IMG/VR virus record: IMGVR_UViG_3300048893_000063
Span: 1 to 41,497 of that record
Length of the DNA stretch: 41,497 nt
Direction: 5' to 3' (one strand)
Source: a virus
Taxonomy: Duplodnaviria; Caudoviricetes
Shown here: positions 9,260 to 17,908 of the stretch, piece after piece
How the letters are laid out: each line of letters begins with the position of its first letter
Numbering within the stretch: the first letter of the stretch is position 1
The notes under the pieces: generated by a model
Database searches by the model: none
What the model was told of the DNA's origin: nothing
Seen by the model: the letters and a program-made list of their open reading frames with translations, nothing else
Program-made: the position numbers and the translations under genes

Positions 9260-9900
9260 CAACGCCGCCGATCGTCGTCACCGACGAGGCGCTGCCGTAC
9301 CTGGTCGCGCAGAAGGGGCGGCTGCAGCCGCTGGCGCACGATCGCGACGCCTGGCTGATGGGTTACCGCCAGGCGATCGATCGCGACTATCGTTTGATTG
9401 CACCATATCTTCCGCCGAAGCCTGACGGCCACGCGATCAAAATCCTCGACATTGGGTCGGGCCTCGGCGGCATCGACGTAATGCTATCGCGGCACTACGG
9501 CGGCGCGGCGCAGGTCATCCTGATGGATGGCGCCGACGATCCGCCGGTGATGGAGCTGCATCGCAAGACGTTCAACGACATGCGCGTCGCCGAGCGCTTC
9601 CATCGCGCCAACGGTGCGGCGCCGATCGGCTGGATCGATGCCAACGGCGACCGGCTGCCGGCTGTCGGCGCTGGCGCCTGGCCGTTTGACCTGGTGCTGT
9701 CGCTGGGCAGCTGGTGCTTCCATTACGAGCCGGCGATCTATCTCGACCAGGTCAAAGAGGCGATCGTCGCCGGCGCCGTGCTGATCCTCGACGTGCGCAA
9801 GCAGCGGCCGAGCTGGGCTGCGCAGCTGATCTCGACCTTTCGTCTGCTCGCAATCGTTCACGTCAGCGACAAGATCGACCGCATGGTGCTGCGCGCATGA
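9244..9900 (+). CDS. Class I SAM-dependent methyltransferase
   Basis: ILDIGSGLGG, FDLVLSLGSWCFHY; GTG start with GAGG RBS. Confidence 0.8.
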   Translation: MHPQVTTPPIVVTDEALPYLVAQKGRLQPLAHDRDAWLMGYRQAIDRDYRLIAPYLPPKPDGHAIKILDIGSGLGGIDVMLSRHYGGAAQVILMDGADDPPVMELHRKTFNDMRVAERFHRANGAAPIGWIDANGDRLPAVGAGAWPFDLVLSLGSWCFHYEPAIYLDQVKEAIVAGAVLILDVRKQRPSWAAQLISTFRLLAIVHVSDKIDRMVLRA

Positions 9901-10499
9901 TCGAGAATGTCTGCGTCATCGGCGGCGGCTGGTCGGTGCGGGGTGTCGACCTGGCGGCGCTGCCCGGCATCCTGATCGGCGTCAATGATTCCGCCATTCA
10001 CGCGCGCGTCGACATTGCGGTCAGCATGGATCGGCTGTGGGCCGAGCATCGCTTCATCGAGCTGCGCGAGCGCCGTCGCCTAACCTACCTGCGCCGCTCG
10101 GCCGTGCAAAATCTCGACACGCGCTGGCCGTGGCTGCACGTCTTCGACAACGATCACGAAAGCGTCGAGCTGAGCGAAGACCTATCGCGGCTCAATGGCA
10201 CGAATTCCGGCGTCTGCGCGATCAACCTGGCGTTTCAGCTGCGGCCGAGGCGCCTGGTGCTGCTCGGCTTCGACATGAACCGCAGCCAGCACGGCGCCGC
10301 GCATTGGTATCCGCCCTATCCCTGGTCGACCGAAGCCGGCTCGACCAGCATCGGAAAATATAACGCATGGGCGGCGCAGTTCGATCGCATCGCGGCGCAA
10401 TGCAAGGCCGCAGGCATCGACGTCGTGAACGCCAGCCCGTCGAGCGCGATCAAGTCTTTCCGCAAGACGTCTGAATTCCACAAGGGGGCTGCAGCGTGA
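9897..10499 (+). CDS. Second Maf/DUF115-like glycosyltransferase-like protein
   Basis: VIGGGWS, IGVND, NSGVCAINLAF...RLVLLGFDM, DVVNASP; paralogue of 6602..7240. Confidence 0.75.
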   Translation: MIENVCVIGGGWSVRGVDLAALPGILIGVNDSAIHARVDIAVSMDRLWAEHRFIELRERRRLTYLRRSAVQNLDTRWPWLHVFDNDHESVELSEDLSRLNGTNSGVCAINLAFQLRPRRLVLLGFDMNRSQHGAAHWYPPYPWSTEAGSTSIGKYNAWAAQFDRIAAQCKAAGIDVVNASPSSAIKSFRKTSEFHKGAAA

Positions 10500-11218
10500 G
10501 ACAAGTCACGATCGTGCTCGCGTACTATCTCAACGCCGGCATGCTGCAGCGGCAATACGAAGAGCTGCGTGCGCTGCCGGAGCCGCTGCGCGAGCAGCTC
10601 GCGCTGATCGTCGTCGACGACGGCTCGCCGGTGCCGGCGATCGGCGCCGAGATCGGCATGCCGCTCAAGATATTCCGCATGCGCAAGGATGTGCGCTGGA
10701 ATCAGGACGCCTGCCGGAATATCGGCGTGCATCACGCGGAGACGCGCTGGGTGCTGCTGACCGATATGGATCACCTGGCACCGCTCGCGACGCTGCAGTC
10801 GCTGGTCTATGGCAGCTTCGACCAGGCCGCTGTTTATAAATTCGCGCGCGTCTCGGCGCCTGATCTGGCGCCGTACAAGCCGCATCCGAATTCCTGGTTT
10901 ATGACTCGGAAAATGTTCGACCGGATCGGCGGCTATGACGAGCGCTTCGCCGGCTATTACGGCACCGACGCCGACTTCCGCGATCGCGTCAAGAAAATCG
11001 CCAGGATCGAGCAGCTCGACGACGTCTTGATCCGTGTGCCGCGCGAAGTGATCCCTGACGCTTCGACGACAACCTATGGCCGGAAGGAAAAGCAGGACGC
11101 GGTCGGCATCAAGCGCGTGATGCACGAGCGCGATCGCGTGAGGGGCTGGAAGCCGCTGCGCCTGACGTTTCCTTACGATTGCGTCTGGGAGCAGCCGGTC
11201 AAGGGCGGCGCGTTCTGA
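10496..11218 (+). CDS. GT-A glycosyltransferase (GT2/GT7-like)
   Basis: IVVDDGS, CRNIG, LLTDMD (DxD), IGGYDERFAGYYGTD.DF. Confidence 0.9.
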   Translation: MRQVTIVLAYYLNAGMLQRQYEELRALPEPLREQLALIVVDDGSPVPAIGAEIGMPLKIFRMRKDVRWNQDACRNIGVHHAETRWVLLTDMDHLAPLATLQSLVYGSFDQAAVYKFARVSAPDLAPYKPHPNSWFMTRKMFDRIGGYDERFAGYYGTDADFRDRVKKIARIEQLDDVLIRVPREVIPDASTTTYGRKEKQDAVGIKRVMHERDRVRGWKPLRLTFPYDCVWEQPVKGGAF

Positions 11219-11928
11219 TGCTGGCCGTCGTCTGCTGGAAGTGGAAGCCGAAGCCCGGCTATCGATCGACGTTCGGCGCCGACCAGGTCAACGTGCTGCG
11301 CTCGATGGTCGAGCGGCACTATGCCAGGCCGCACCAGCTCGTTTGCATCACCGACGACGCCGCCGGCATCGATCCGCGGGTGCGCGTCGTGCCGCTCTGG
11401 AGGGATCACGCGACGCTGCCGTCGCCGCACGGCGGCAACAATCCGAGCTGCTATCGCCGGCTGCGCGCCTTCTCGGCCGAGGCCGCCGAGCTGATCGGGC
11501 CGCGCTTCGTGTCGGTCGATCTCGATGCAGTCATCGTGCGCGACATGCGGCCTGTCTGGGACCGCGACGCAGACTTCGTGATCTGGGGCGATACCAATCC
11601 GACGACGCCCTACAACGGCTCGATGTGGATGCTGCGCGCCGGCACCAGGCGCAAGGTCTGGGAAACTTTCGATCCGAAGCGCTCGCCGCGGATCGGTCTG
11701 TCGAAGCGCTACTTCGGCAGCGACCAGGCCTGGATCGCCGCCTGCCTCGGCCCAAATGAGCGGCGCTGGACGCGCGCCGATGGCGTTTACAGCTATCGAA
11801 ACGAGATCGCGCCGAAGGGCGGCGATCTGCCGGCCGATGCGCGCATCGTGTTCTTTCACGGCCGCCATGATCCCTGGCACAGCGACATTCAGGCGAAGCA
11901 CGCCTGGGTGCGCGAGCATTGGAAGTAG
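11218..11928 (+). CDS. GT-A glycosyltransferase (phage GT8-like)
   Basis: VVCWKW, LVCITDD, VDLD (DxD), YNGSM, SDQAWI, IVFFHG..DPW. Confidence 0.82.
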   Translation: MLAVVCWKWKPKPGYRSTFGADQVNVLRSMVERHYARPHQLVCITDDAAGIDPRVRVVPLWRDHATLPSPHGGNNPSCYRRLRAFSAEAAELIGPRFVSVDLDAVIVRDMRPVWDRDADFVIWGDTNPTTPYNGSMWMLRAGTRRKVWETFDPKRSPRIGLSKRYFGSDQAWIAACLGPNERRWTRADGVYSYRNEIAPKGGDLPADARIVFFHGRHDPWHSDIQAKHAWVREHWK

Positions 11929-11931
11929 AAA

Positions 11932-12300
11932 ATGCCGGCACCATTCAAGGGCAAGGCGATCGCCAAGCGCCGCGCGCTGCGTCACCGGCTCGCCTTCGAG
12001 GCGCGGCCGTTCTCGTCGGACGGTCACGGCAACACCGAAGGCGAATTCGAGACGGTCTTCATCATTCACGCGGCGATCGAGGCGCGGCTCGGCGGCGAGC
12101 AGGTGCTGGCGCAGCGGCTCGTCGGCGTGCAGCCGGTGACGATTGGCATCCGACAGTCGCGGGCAACGAAGATGATCACGACCGATTGGCGCGCGCGGCA
12201 CCTGGTCACCGGCGTGATCTACAATATCCGATCCATCGCCGACGCCGATGATGATCGCCGCTACTTCGATCTGCTCTGCGACAGCGGGGTCGCGACATGA
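11932..12300 (+). CDS. Head closure / head-tail joining protein
   Basis: LRHRL.F, DG.GN, I.IR, ITTDWR, YNIRSI pattern; position. Confidence 0.85.
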   Translation: MPAPFKGKAIAKRRALRHRLAFEARPFSSDGHGNTEGEFETVFIIHAAIEARLGGEQVLAQRLVGVQPVTIGIRQSRATKMITTDWRARHLVTGVIYNIRSIADADDDRRYFDLLCDSGVAT

Positions 12301-12719
12301 CGGTGCCGGCCGATCCAGCCCTGCCGCTGCAGGATGCGCTGATCAAGATGCTGCGCAACGATTCCGCCATCAAGGCGCTAGTCGACGCGCGCGTCTTCGA
12401 CGAGCCGCCGGCGCCGGCCGCGGCCGTGTTTCCTTATGTGACGTTGGGCGACGATCAGATCATCGGCGACGATGCCGAAGACTGCGGCGACGGGTCGGAA
12501 GTTTTCGCGCATATCCATGTCTGGACGCGCACGCCGGGCTTCGTGAAAACAAAGGAAATTTCGGCGGCGATCCGCAACGTGCTGAAGACCTATCCGGTGC
12601 TGGAGGGCTTCGAGGTCACGGTCGTCGAATTCGAGCAGGTGCAATATCTGCGCGATCCTGACGGCAAGACGCGGCACGGCGTTCTGGAGTTCAAGTTTCT
12701 GATTTCACACACCAGCTAG
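12297..12719 (+). CDS. Tail terminator (DUF3168-like)
   Basis: LQ.A....L, RVFDEPP, FPYVTLG, HVWTR..G, RDPDG.TRHG. Confidence 0.9.
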   Translation: MTVPADPALPLQDALIKMLRNDSAIKALVDARVFDEPPAPAAAVFPYVTLGDDQIIGDDAEDCGDGSEVFAHIHVWTRTPGFVKTKEISAAIRNVLKTYPVLEGFEVTVVEFEQVQYLRDPDGKTRHGVLEFKFLISHTS

Positions 12720-12732
12720 GAAAGGCTTTCAA

Positions 12733-13179
12733 ATGACGGCAATCGTGAAGCTGCGCGGCACGCAGCTGCTGATCAAGGTCGGCGACGGCAACTCGCCGGA
12801 AACGTTCGCGCATCCGTGCCTGATCAATACCAAGCGCGGCCTAAAGTTCACGTCGAGTTCTAACAAGGTGATCACGCCGGATTGCGACAATCCCGACGAT
12901 CCGGCCTGGAATGAGGTCATTAAAGACGCGCTGTCTGCGGCGATCGACGGCGCAGGCAAGCTCGATAACAAGGTGGCGACAATCCAGTTTTACGACGAAT
13001 TTTTTCGCAGTGCCGATGCGAGAAATGTTCGCGTCTGCCTTGGCACTAAGGGCTATTGGGAAGGCCCATTCCAGCTGACCGGCTGGGAGATTACCGGCGA
13101 GCGCGGCAACAACGCCGAGTCCAGTCTATCGCTGGAGTCGGACGGTGAGCTTGGGCCGTTTACGCCTGGTATCGGCTGA
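12733..13179 (+). CDS. Tail tube (major tail) protein
   Basis: LLIKVGDG.SPETF, PDCDNPD.P.W, W.G.F.LT, LESDG motifs (GTA/TP901-like). Confidence 0.9.
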   Translation: MTAIVKLRGTQLLIKVGDGNSPETFAHPCLINTKRGLKFTSSSNKVITPDCDNPDDPAWNEVIKDALSAAIDGAGKLDNKVATIQFYDEFFRSADARNVRVCLGTKGYWEGPFQLTGWEITGERGNNAESSLSLESDGELGPFTPGIG

Positions 13180-13202
13180 GTGGCCGACGATTTGCAATCG
13201 TC

Positions 13203-13622
13203 GTGAGCAACGATCGCCACAACGCCGACGAAGTCGCCGCCTGGCTGAAGGGGGCGACGCCGAAGGCGGTGCGCCACGCTTTGGGGGCCGAGATCGTGCG
13301 CCAGGCCAATCGCCTGGCGCACGCGCAGCGGGCGAAGCTCGCCGCGCTGGAGCAGCCGCCAGCGGAAAGCGGCGGCGGCCTGGCGTCAGTTCGCGTCGAG
13401 CCTGGCACTGATGGCATGACGCAGGTCGTGGCCGCCGGCGGGCCGCTGACGACGCGCGACGGCTATGACCACCTGCTCGGCTTCGAGTTCGGCACGATGC
13501 ATCAGCCGTCGCGATCGTTCTTCTGGTCGACGGTCAGGGCGCTGTCGCGGTCGATCTGGGCCGAGCTGGAGAAGGCCGCCGGCGGGGCGATCAAGAGAGA
13601 ATCTTTCCGAAACGGGGAATAA
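13203..13622 (+). CDS. HK97 gp10-like tail component
   Basis: YD...FEFGT..QP.RSFFW motif. Confidence 0.75.
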   Translation: MSNDRHNADEVAAWLKGATPKAVRHALGAEIVRQANRLAHAQRAKLAALEQPPAESGGGLASVRVEPGTDGMTQVVAAGGPLTTRDGYDHLLGFEFGTMHQPSRSFFWSTVRALSRSIWAELEKAAGGAIKRESFRNGE

Positions 13623-13628
13623 TCAAAA

Positions 13629-14060
13629 ATGGCTGCAGTGGGAACGGTGCGCATCGTGTGGGGCAACGGCGAGGACGACTTCTGCATCGCCAGGCCCGGC
13701 GAGATTTTTGCGCTGGAAGACAAAACCGGCGCCGGCCTCGGCGAGATCAGGATGCGGCTGCAGGACGGAAGCTGGCGCCTGACGATGGTGCGCGAGACGA
13801 TCCGCCTGGCGCTGATCGGCGCCGGCATGGATGCCGACAAGGCGATGAAGGCCGTCGAGCTGCACGTCGACAACAACGTGAAGGGATACGCGCCGAGCAT
13901 CCTGATCGCGCACGCGATCGTCGCCGCGGCGCTGGTCGGCGTGCCGGATGATCCGGTGGGAAAAACGCCGGCGCCGGGGGCCGCGAAACAGGACCAAGTC
14001 TCTTCCACGACGACGGTCGCCTCCGACGCTCTGCGGTCTATGGAATCGGGGCAGGCTTAG
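13629..14060 (+). CDS. Tail assembly chaperone (gpG; GTA gp10-like)
   Basis: VRETIRLALIGAGM motif; lies between tail tube and tape measure. Confidence 0.88.
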   Translation: MAAVGTVRIVWGNGEDDFCIARPGEIFALEDKTGAGLGEIRMRLQDGSWRLTMVRETIRLALIGAGMDADKAMKAVELHVDNNVKGYAPSILIAHAIVAAALVGVPDDPVGKTPAPGAAKQDQVSSTTTVASDALRSMESGQA

Positions 14061-14212
14061 GCTGGACGCCGCGGCAGACCGATCAGGTGCCGATCTGGGA
14101 GCTGGCGGCCTGCATCGACGGCTTCAACCGCGCCAACGGCGGCGAGGACGCGATCGCGCCGCCGACCGATCAGGAATTCGAGGACGCGAAGCGTCTGCAC
14201 GGCGATCTCTGA
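13958..14212 (+). CDS. -1 frameshift extension of tail chaperone (gpGT, ~194 aa fusion)
   Basis: G_GGA_AAA at 13958-13964; -1 frame reads ...AVYGIGAGLGWTPRQTDQVPIWELAACIDGFNRANG...DL*. Confidence 0.85.
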   Translation, partial: GKNAGAGGRETGPSLFHDDGRLRRSAVYGIGAGLGWTPRQTDQVPIWELAACIDGFNRANGGEDAIAPPTDQEFEDAKRLHGDL

Positions 14213-14225
14213 AGGATCACAAATC

Positions 14226-16160
14226 ATGCCGCCTGCCCTGAGATTTCCAGTCACGGCCGACTTGTCGGAACTTGACAAGAACATGAACGAGGCCGGGCAG
14301 ATCGTGCATGAAAAGGCAGATCAGATCGAAGGCGAGTTCAACAATATCAACAAAGCCGCGGCCGGCCTGGCGCTCGGCTTTACGGCTGTCGGCGGCGCGA
14401 TCGCTGCGTCGCTTTTGAGCGCGACGACGTCGCTGGCGAAGCTCGGCGATCGCGCCGACGATCTGCGGCTGCCCGTCAATCTGATCCAGGCGCTAAGCGT
14501 CGTATCGGATGAGGCGCGCGTGCCGGCGGCGCTATTGACGACGGCGATGGACAAATTTGCCGAGGCCTCGAAAAAGGGCGGCGACGAAGCGAAGACCTTC
14601 GAGAAGGCGCTCGGCAACGTCGGCGACAATTTCCTGCAGGCCTTCAAGTCGGCCGACTCGCAAGAAGCGCGCCTGAAGATCGTCAGCGACGCGCTGCGAT
14701 CGACAACCGACGAAGTCAAACGCGCGCAGCTGTCGCTGCAGGCCTTCGGCTCTGATAACGAGCGCCTGATCGGCGTGCTCGGCAACGGCGCGTCGTCATT
14801 CGAGCGCTATCGCCAGCGCGCGGCCGAGCTGGGCCTTAACATCAACGAAAGCATGGTGAAGGCCGCGCAGGAGGCGAAGAGCCAGCTGCTGCTGCTGTCG
14901 CGCGTGCTGTCCGATCAATTCACTGGAGCTGTCACCGGCCTGATCCCGCTGCTTTTGAAAATGCTGCCGGCTCTGCAGGCGATCGCGCTGGCCGCGAAGG
15001 CGGTCGGCGCAATCTTTGCCGACGACGATCGGAAGTCTGTCGGCCAGCTTCAGACCGAGCTGGGCGGCCTGGTCGACGAGTGGGTGAAGCTCAAAGAAGC
15101 ACGCGCCGCACTGGAAAGCCCTGACCAATCGCGCGCCGACGTATTGCGCGACAAGCTGCGCGGATGGCTCGGCCTGACCGTCACCAACGAAGAGGAAATG
15201 AATTCGCTGGACGAGGCGATCAAGCGCGTCGAGTCGCGCGCCGACACGGTGCGCAAGCTGATCGCATCGAAGGGCGCGGAGCCGGCGGCGACGTCAGACA
15301 AACCGGCCTTTGCGCCTCGGCCATCATTGAAGGATGAAAGCCGCGACCGCTTCGCCGCTGCCGCTGACTCGGTTGAGAAGCGCACGGCCGCGCTCAATGC
15401 CGAGACGGCGGCGATCGATCTCGGAACCGCTGCGCGCGAGAAGGCGAAGATCGCGGCGCAGCTGCAGACCGTGGCCATGCAGGTCAACAAGGAAGCCGGC
15501 CTCGGCGACAAGGTCGTGACCGAAGAGCAGACCAGGGTGATCGACGAATTCGCGGCGGCGTTCGGTCGTGCATCCGAGGCGATGGAGAATGCACGATCGC
15601 CGCTGGCAACGTTCGGCCGAGACTCGGCCAATCTCGGCAAGCAGCTCAATACGTTTGCCGCGACGTCACTCGACAGCATGACGAATGCACTCGCCGACGT
15701 TGTGACACATACCAAGACCGCGGCCGAAGCCTTCTCGGCGATGGCGAGGTCGATCCTGAATGATCTCGCGAAGATCGCGATCCGCCAGTCGATCACCGGG
15801 CCGATCGCGAAAGCCTTCGGCGGCCTCGATCTGTTCAACGTCGGCGGCGGCGTTGGCAACAATGCGTCAGGCACCGACAACTGGCGCGGCGGGCCGACAT
15901 GGGTCGGCGAAAACGGGCCGGAGATTTTGAACGTGCCGCGGGGGTCGCAGATCATTCCCAACAACATCGCCAGCAAGGCCGGCAGCGGCGGCATGGTGTT
16001 TCAATTCACCAGTGCGCCGGTGTTTCAGGCCGGCATCGGGCCGGCCGACATGGCGCTGATCAGGGCGCAGCAGCAATCCTTTGACAGCAGGCTGCGCAAC
16101 GATGTGCCTGGCATCGTGCGCGCGGCGCTGCGCAACGACCGCGACGTGCTGAACCGATGA
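14226..16160 (+). CDS. Tape measure protein
   Basis: 644 aa Ala-rich helical protein; C-term ASGT..W.GG..WVGENGPE...PRGSQIIPN. Confidence 0.92.
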   Translation: MPPALRFPVTADLSELDKNMNEAGQIVHEKADQIEGEFNNINKAAAGLALGFTAVGGAIAASLLSATTSLAKLGDRADDLRLPVNLIQALSVVSDEARVPAALLTTAMDKFAEASKKGGDEAKTFEKALGNVGDNFLQAFKSADSQEARLKIVSDALRSTTDEVKRAQLSLQAFGSDNERLIGVLGNGASSFERYRQRAAELGLNINESMVKAAQEAKSQLLLLSRVLSDQFTGAVTGLIPLLLKMLPALQAIALAAKAVGAIFADDDRKSVGQLQTELGGLVDEWVKLKEARAALESPDQSRADVLRDKLRGWLGLTVTNEEEMNSLDEAIKRVESRADTVRKLIASKGAEPAATSDKPAFAPRPSLKDESRDRFAAAADSVEKRTAALNAETAAIDLGTAAREKAKIAAQLQTVAMQVNKEAGLGDKVVTEEQTRVIDEFAAAFGRASEAMENARSPLATFGRDSANLGKQLNTFAATSLDSMTNALADVVTHTKTAAEAFSAMARSILNDLAKIAIRQSITGPIAKAFGGLDLFNVGGGVGNNASGTDNWRGGPTWVGENGPEILNVPRGSQIIPNNIASKAGSGGMVFQFTSAPVFQAGIGPADMALIRAQQQSFDSRLRNDVPGIVRAALRNDRDVLNR

Positions 16161-16921
16161 GCACCTTCATCAATACGATCTGGGAGCTGCCGCGATCGAT
16201 GCGTGCGGCGGTCCAGAGTCAGTTTTATCTGTCGTCGGACTGCATCGACAGCCGCTCGCCTTGGACGCAGGAAGGCACGCCTTTCGAGCCGTTCGTGCAG
16301 GTTCACATTGCCGACATTACGCCGCCGACCGCGCTCGGCGCTTCGCGCACGACGGCCGACGAGGTCAGCTGGCGCGACTGGCAAGGGTTTATGACGCGGA
16401 TGCGCGGCACGTCGGGTCTGCTGCGGATCGTCGACTATTTTCGGATGCGGCCGATCTATGATCTGCGCAACAAGCCGTCGCGATCGGCCTGGTCGGATGC
16501 GTCCCTATGGTCGGACGGCGCCGAATGGGCGGGCGGCCAGCTGCCGCCGTTCGTGACCTTCGCCGAGGCGGCGCGCGTCGATGCCGACAGCATCGTGCTG
16601 AACTTCGGCGCCGACTTCGCCAACAAGGAATTGCTGATCAATCCGTCCGATCTGATGGAGGGTCGGCCCAACGGCGTGCCGACGCCTTACGGCAATCTTT
16701 ATGAGGCCGTGCATCAGGCGCGCACCAATTCGACCGGCAAGGCGCGAATCTATCTGCAGCCTGGTCTGCGTCAGGGCTTTGCCGCCGGCGACATGATGGT
16801 GCTGCGCTACGCGACCGGCGTCTTCCGCCTGGCCGACAAGACGCAGGGCATCGTTACGCGCACGACCGGCAACATCGGCACACTGGGCTTCAAGCTGATC
16901 GAGCAGACGCGCCATGAATGA
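16157..16921 (+). CDS. Distal tail/baseplate protein
   Basis: Follows tape measure with ATGA overlap; SPWT and I..QP.LR motifs. Confidence 0.65.
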   Translation: MSTFINTIWELPRSMRAAVQSQFYLSSDCIDSRSPWTQEGTPFEPFVQVHIADITPPTALGASRTTADEVSWRDWQGFMTRMRGTSGLLRIVDYFRMRPIYDLRNKPSRSAWSDASLWSDGAEWAGGQLPPFVTFAEAARVDADSIVLNFGADFANKELLINPSDLMEGRPNGVPTPYGNLYEAVHQARTNSTGKARIYLQPGLRQGFAAGDMMVLRYATGVFRLADKTQGIVTRTTGNIGTLGFKLIEQTRHE

Positions 16922-17480
16922 GGAAATATCGCCAGCGTTGGCGCGCGCGCTGTCGCGCGGCGATGCGCCGTTCGGTCTGTTCTATTGCGACCATCCGAGC
17001 GGCGCGGTGCGGCTATGGTCGCGCACCGGAATATTGCGCTTCGCCGGCTTCGATTGGACCGGCGCCGGCATCCTCGGCAAGATGGTCGGCGCCACGCGCT
17101 CGACCGATCTCAGAATCAACGAGGTGACCTTCGAGCTGCGCGGCGTGCCGCCGACAACGGCCGAGCTGCTGTCGGGCCGCGTGCGCAATCGCGTCGCCAG
17201 GGTATGGCGCGGCGCCATCAATCGCCGCGGCGTCGTCACCGTCGACTATGACGAACCGATCATCGACGCTGTGCTCGATTATCAGAAGCTGGTGGTCGAT
17301 CCTGCCGGCGGCACGGCCGCGATCCAGCTGATCGGGCAGCAGGGCTTCTATCTGCTCGACCGCGCGCAAGACGTCGCATTCTCGGATCAGCAGCAGCGCT
17401 CCGAGCACGACGATGACTGCGGCATGGCGTTGATCCACACCTTTGTTAATCGCGAATCCAACTGGCGGCGCGCGGCGTGA
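16914..17480 (+). CDS. Minor tail (hub-like) protein
   Basis: RLWS..G......W.G.G.LG, L.L.GVP, S...Q....DD motifs; position. Confidence 0.7.
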   Translation: MNEEISPALARALSRGDAPFGLFYCDHPSGAVRLWSRTGILRFAGFDWTGAGILGKMVGATRSTDLRINEVTFELRGVPPTTAELLSGRVRNRVARVWRGAINRRGVVTVDYDEPIIDAVLDYQKLVVDPAGGTAAIQLIGQQGFYLLDRAQDVAFSDQQQRSEHDDDCGMALIHTFVNRESNWRRAA

Positions 17481-17908
17481 CCAGGCGCGAGCGCAACGCC
17501 AGGCGGCGCCTGGCCTATCATCTGGAGAAGGCGCGCAAGGCCTGCGTCGGCCGGCCGATGGTCTGGGGCAAGGATGACTGCGCGTTGTGGCATGCCGACA
17601 TTCAGCTGGCCGCGATGGGCGTCGACGTCGCGGCGCCGTATCGCGGGCGGTACAAGACGCGCCGCGGCGCGCACCGCGTGCTCGGTGCGCTCGGCCTGCC
17701 GATGGCGCTGCAGCGCCTGACGCGAAAGCATCGCTGCAACCGTGTCGATCCCAAGCGCGCGCGGATCGGCGACGTCGGCGTGATCGAGGTCGGCAAGGCC
17801 TTCGCCTGCGTTCGCTTGCTGCACAAGGGCGAATGGATCGGCCGCAATGAATTCGGATGGTCGATGGTGCCGACCGATCGGGTGAGGGCAGCATGGTCGG
17901 CCGTCTAG
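17477..17908 (+). CDS. NlpC/P60-like tail assembly protein (DUF6950-like)
   Basis: WGKDDC, RGRYKT..GA, A.IGD. Confidence 0.8.
   Translation: MTRRERNARRRLAYHLEKARKACVGRPMVWGKDDCALWHADIQLAAMGVDVAAPYRGRYKTRRGAHRVLGALGLPMALQRLTRKHRCNRVDPKRARIGDVGVIEVGKAFACVRLLHKGEWIGRNEFGWSMVPTDRVRAAWSAV

Noticed and set aside
12297-14060. Gene transfer agent cluster
   Set aside because: GTA-like tail genes occur here with integrase, attP, repressor, lysis and replication genes, so this is a true temperate phage
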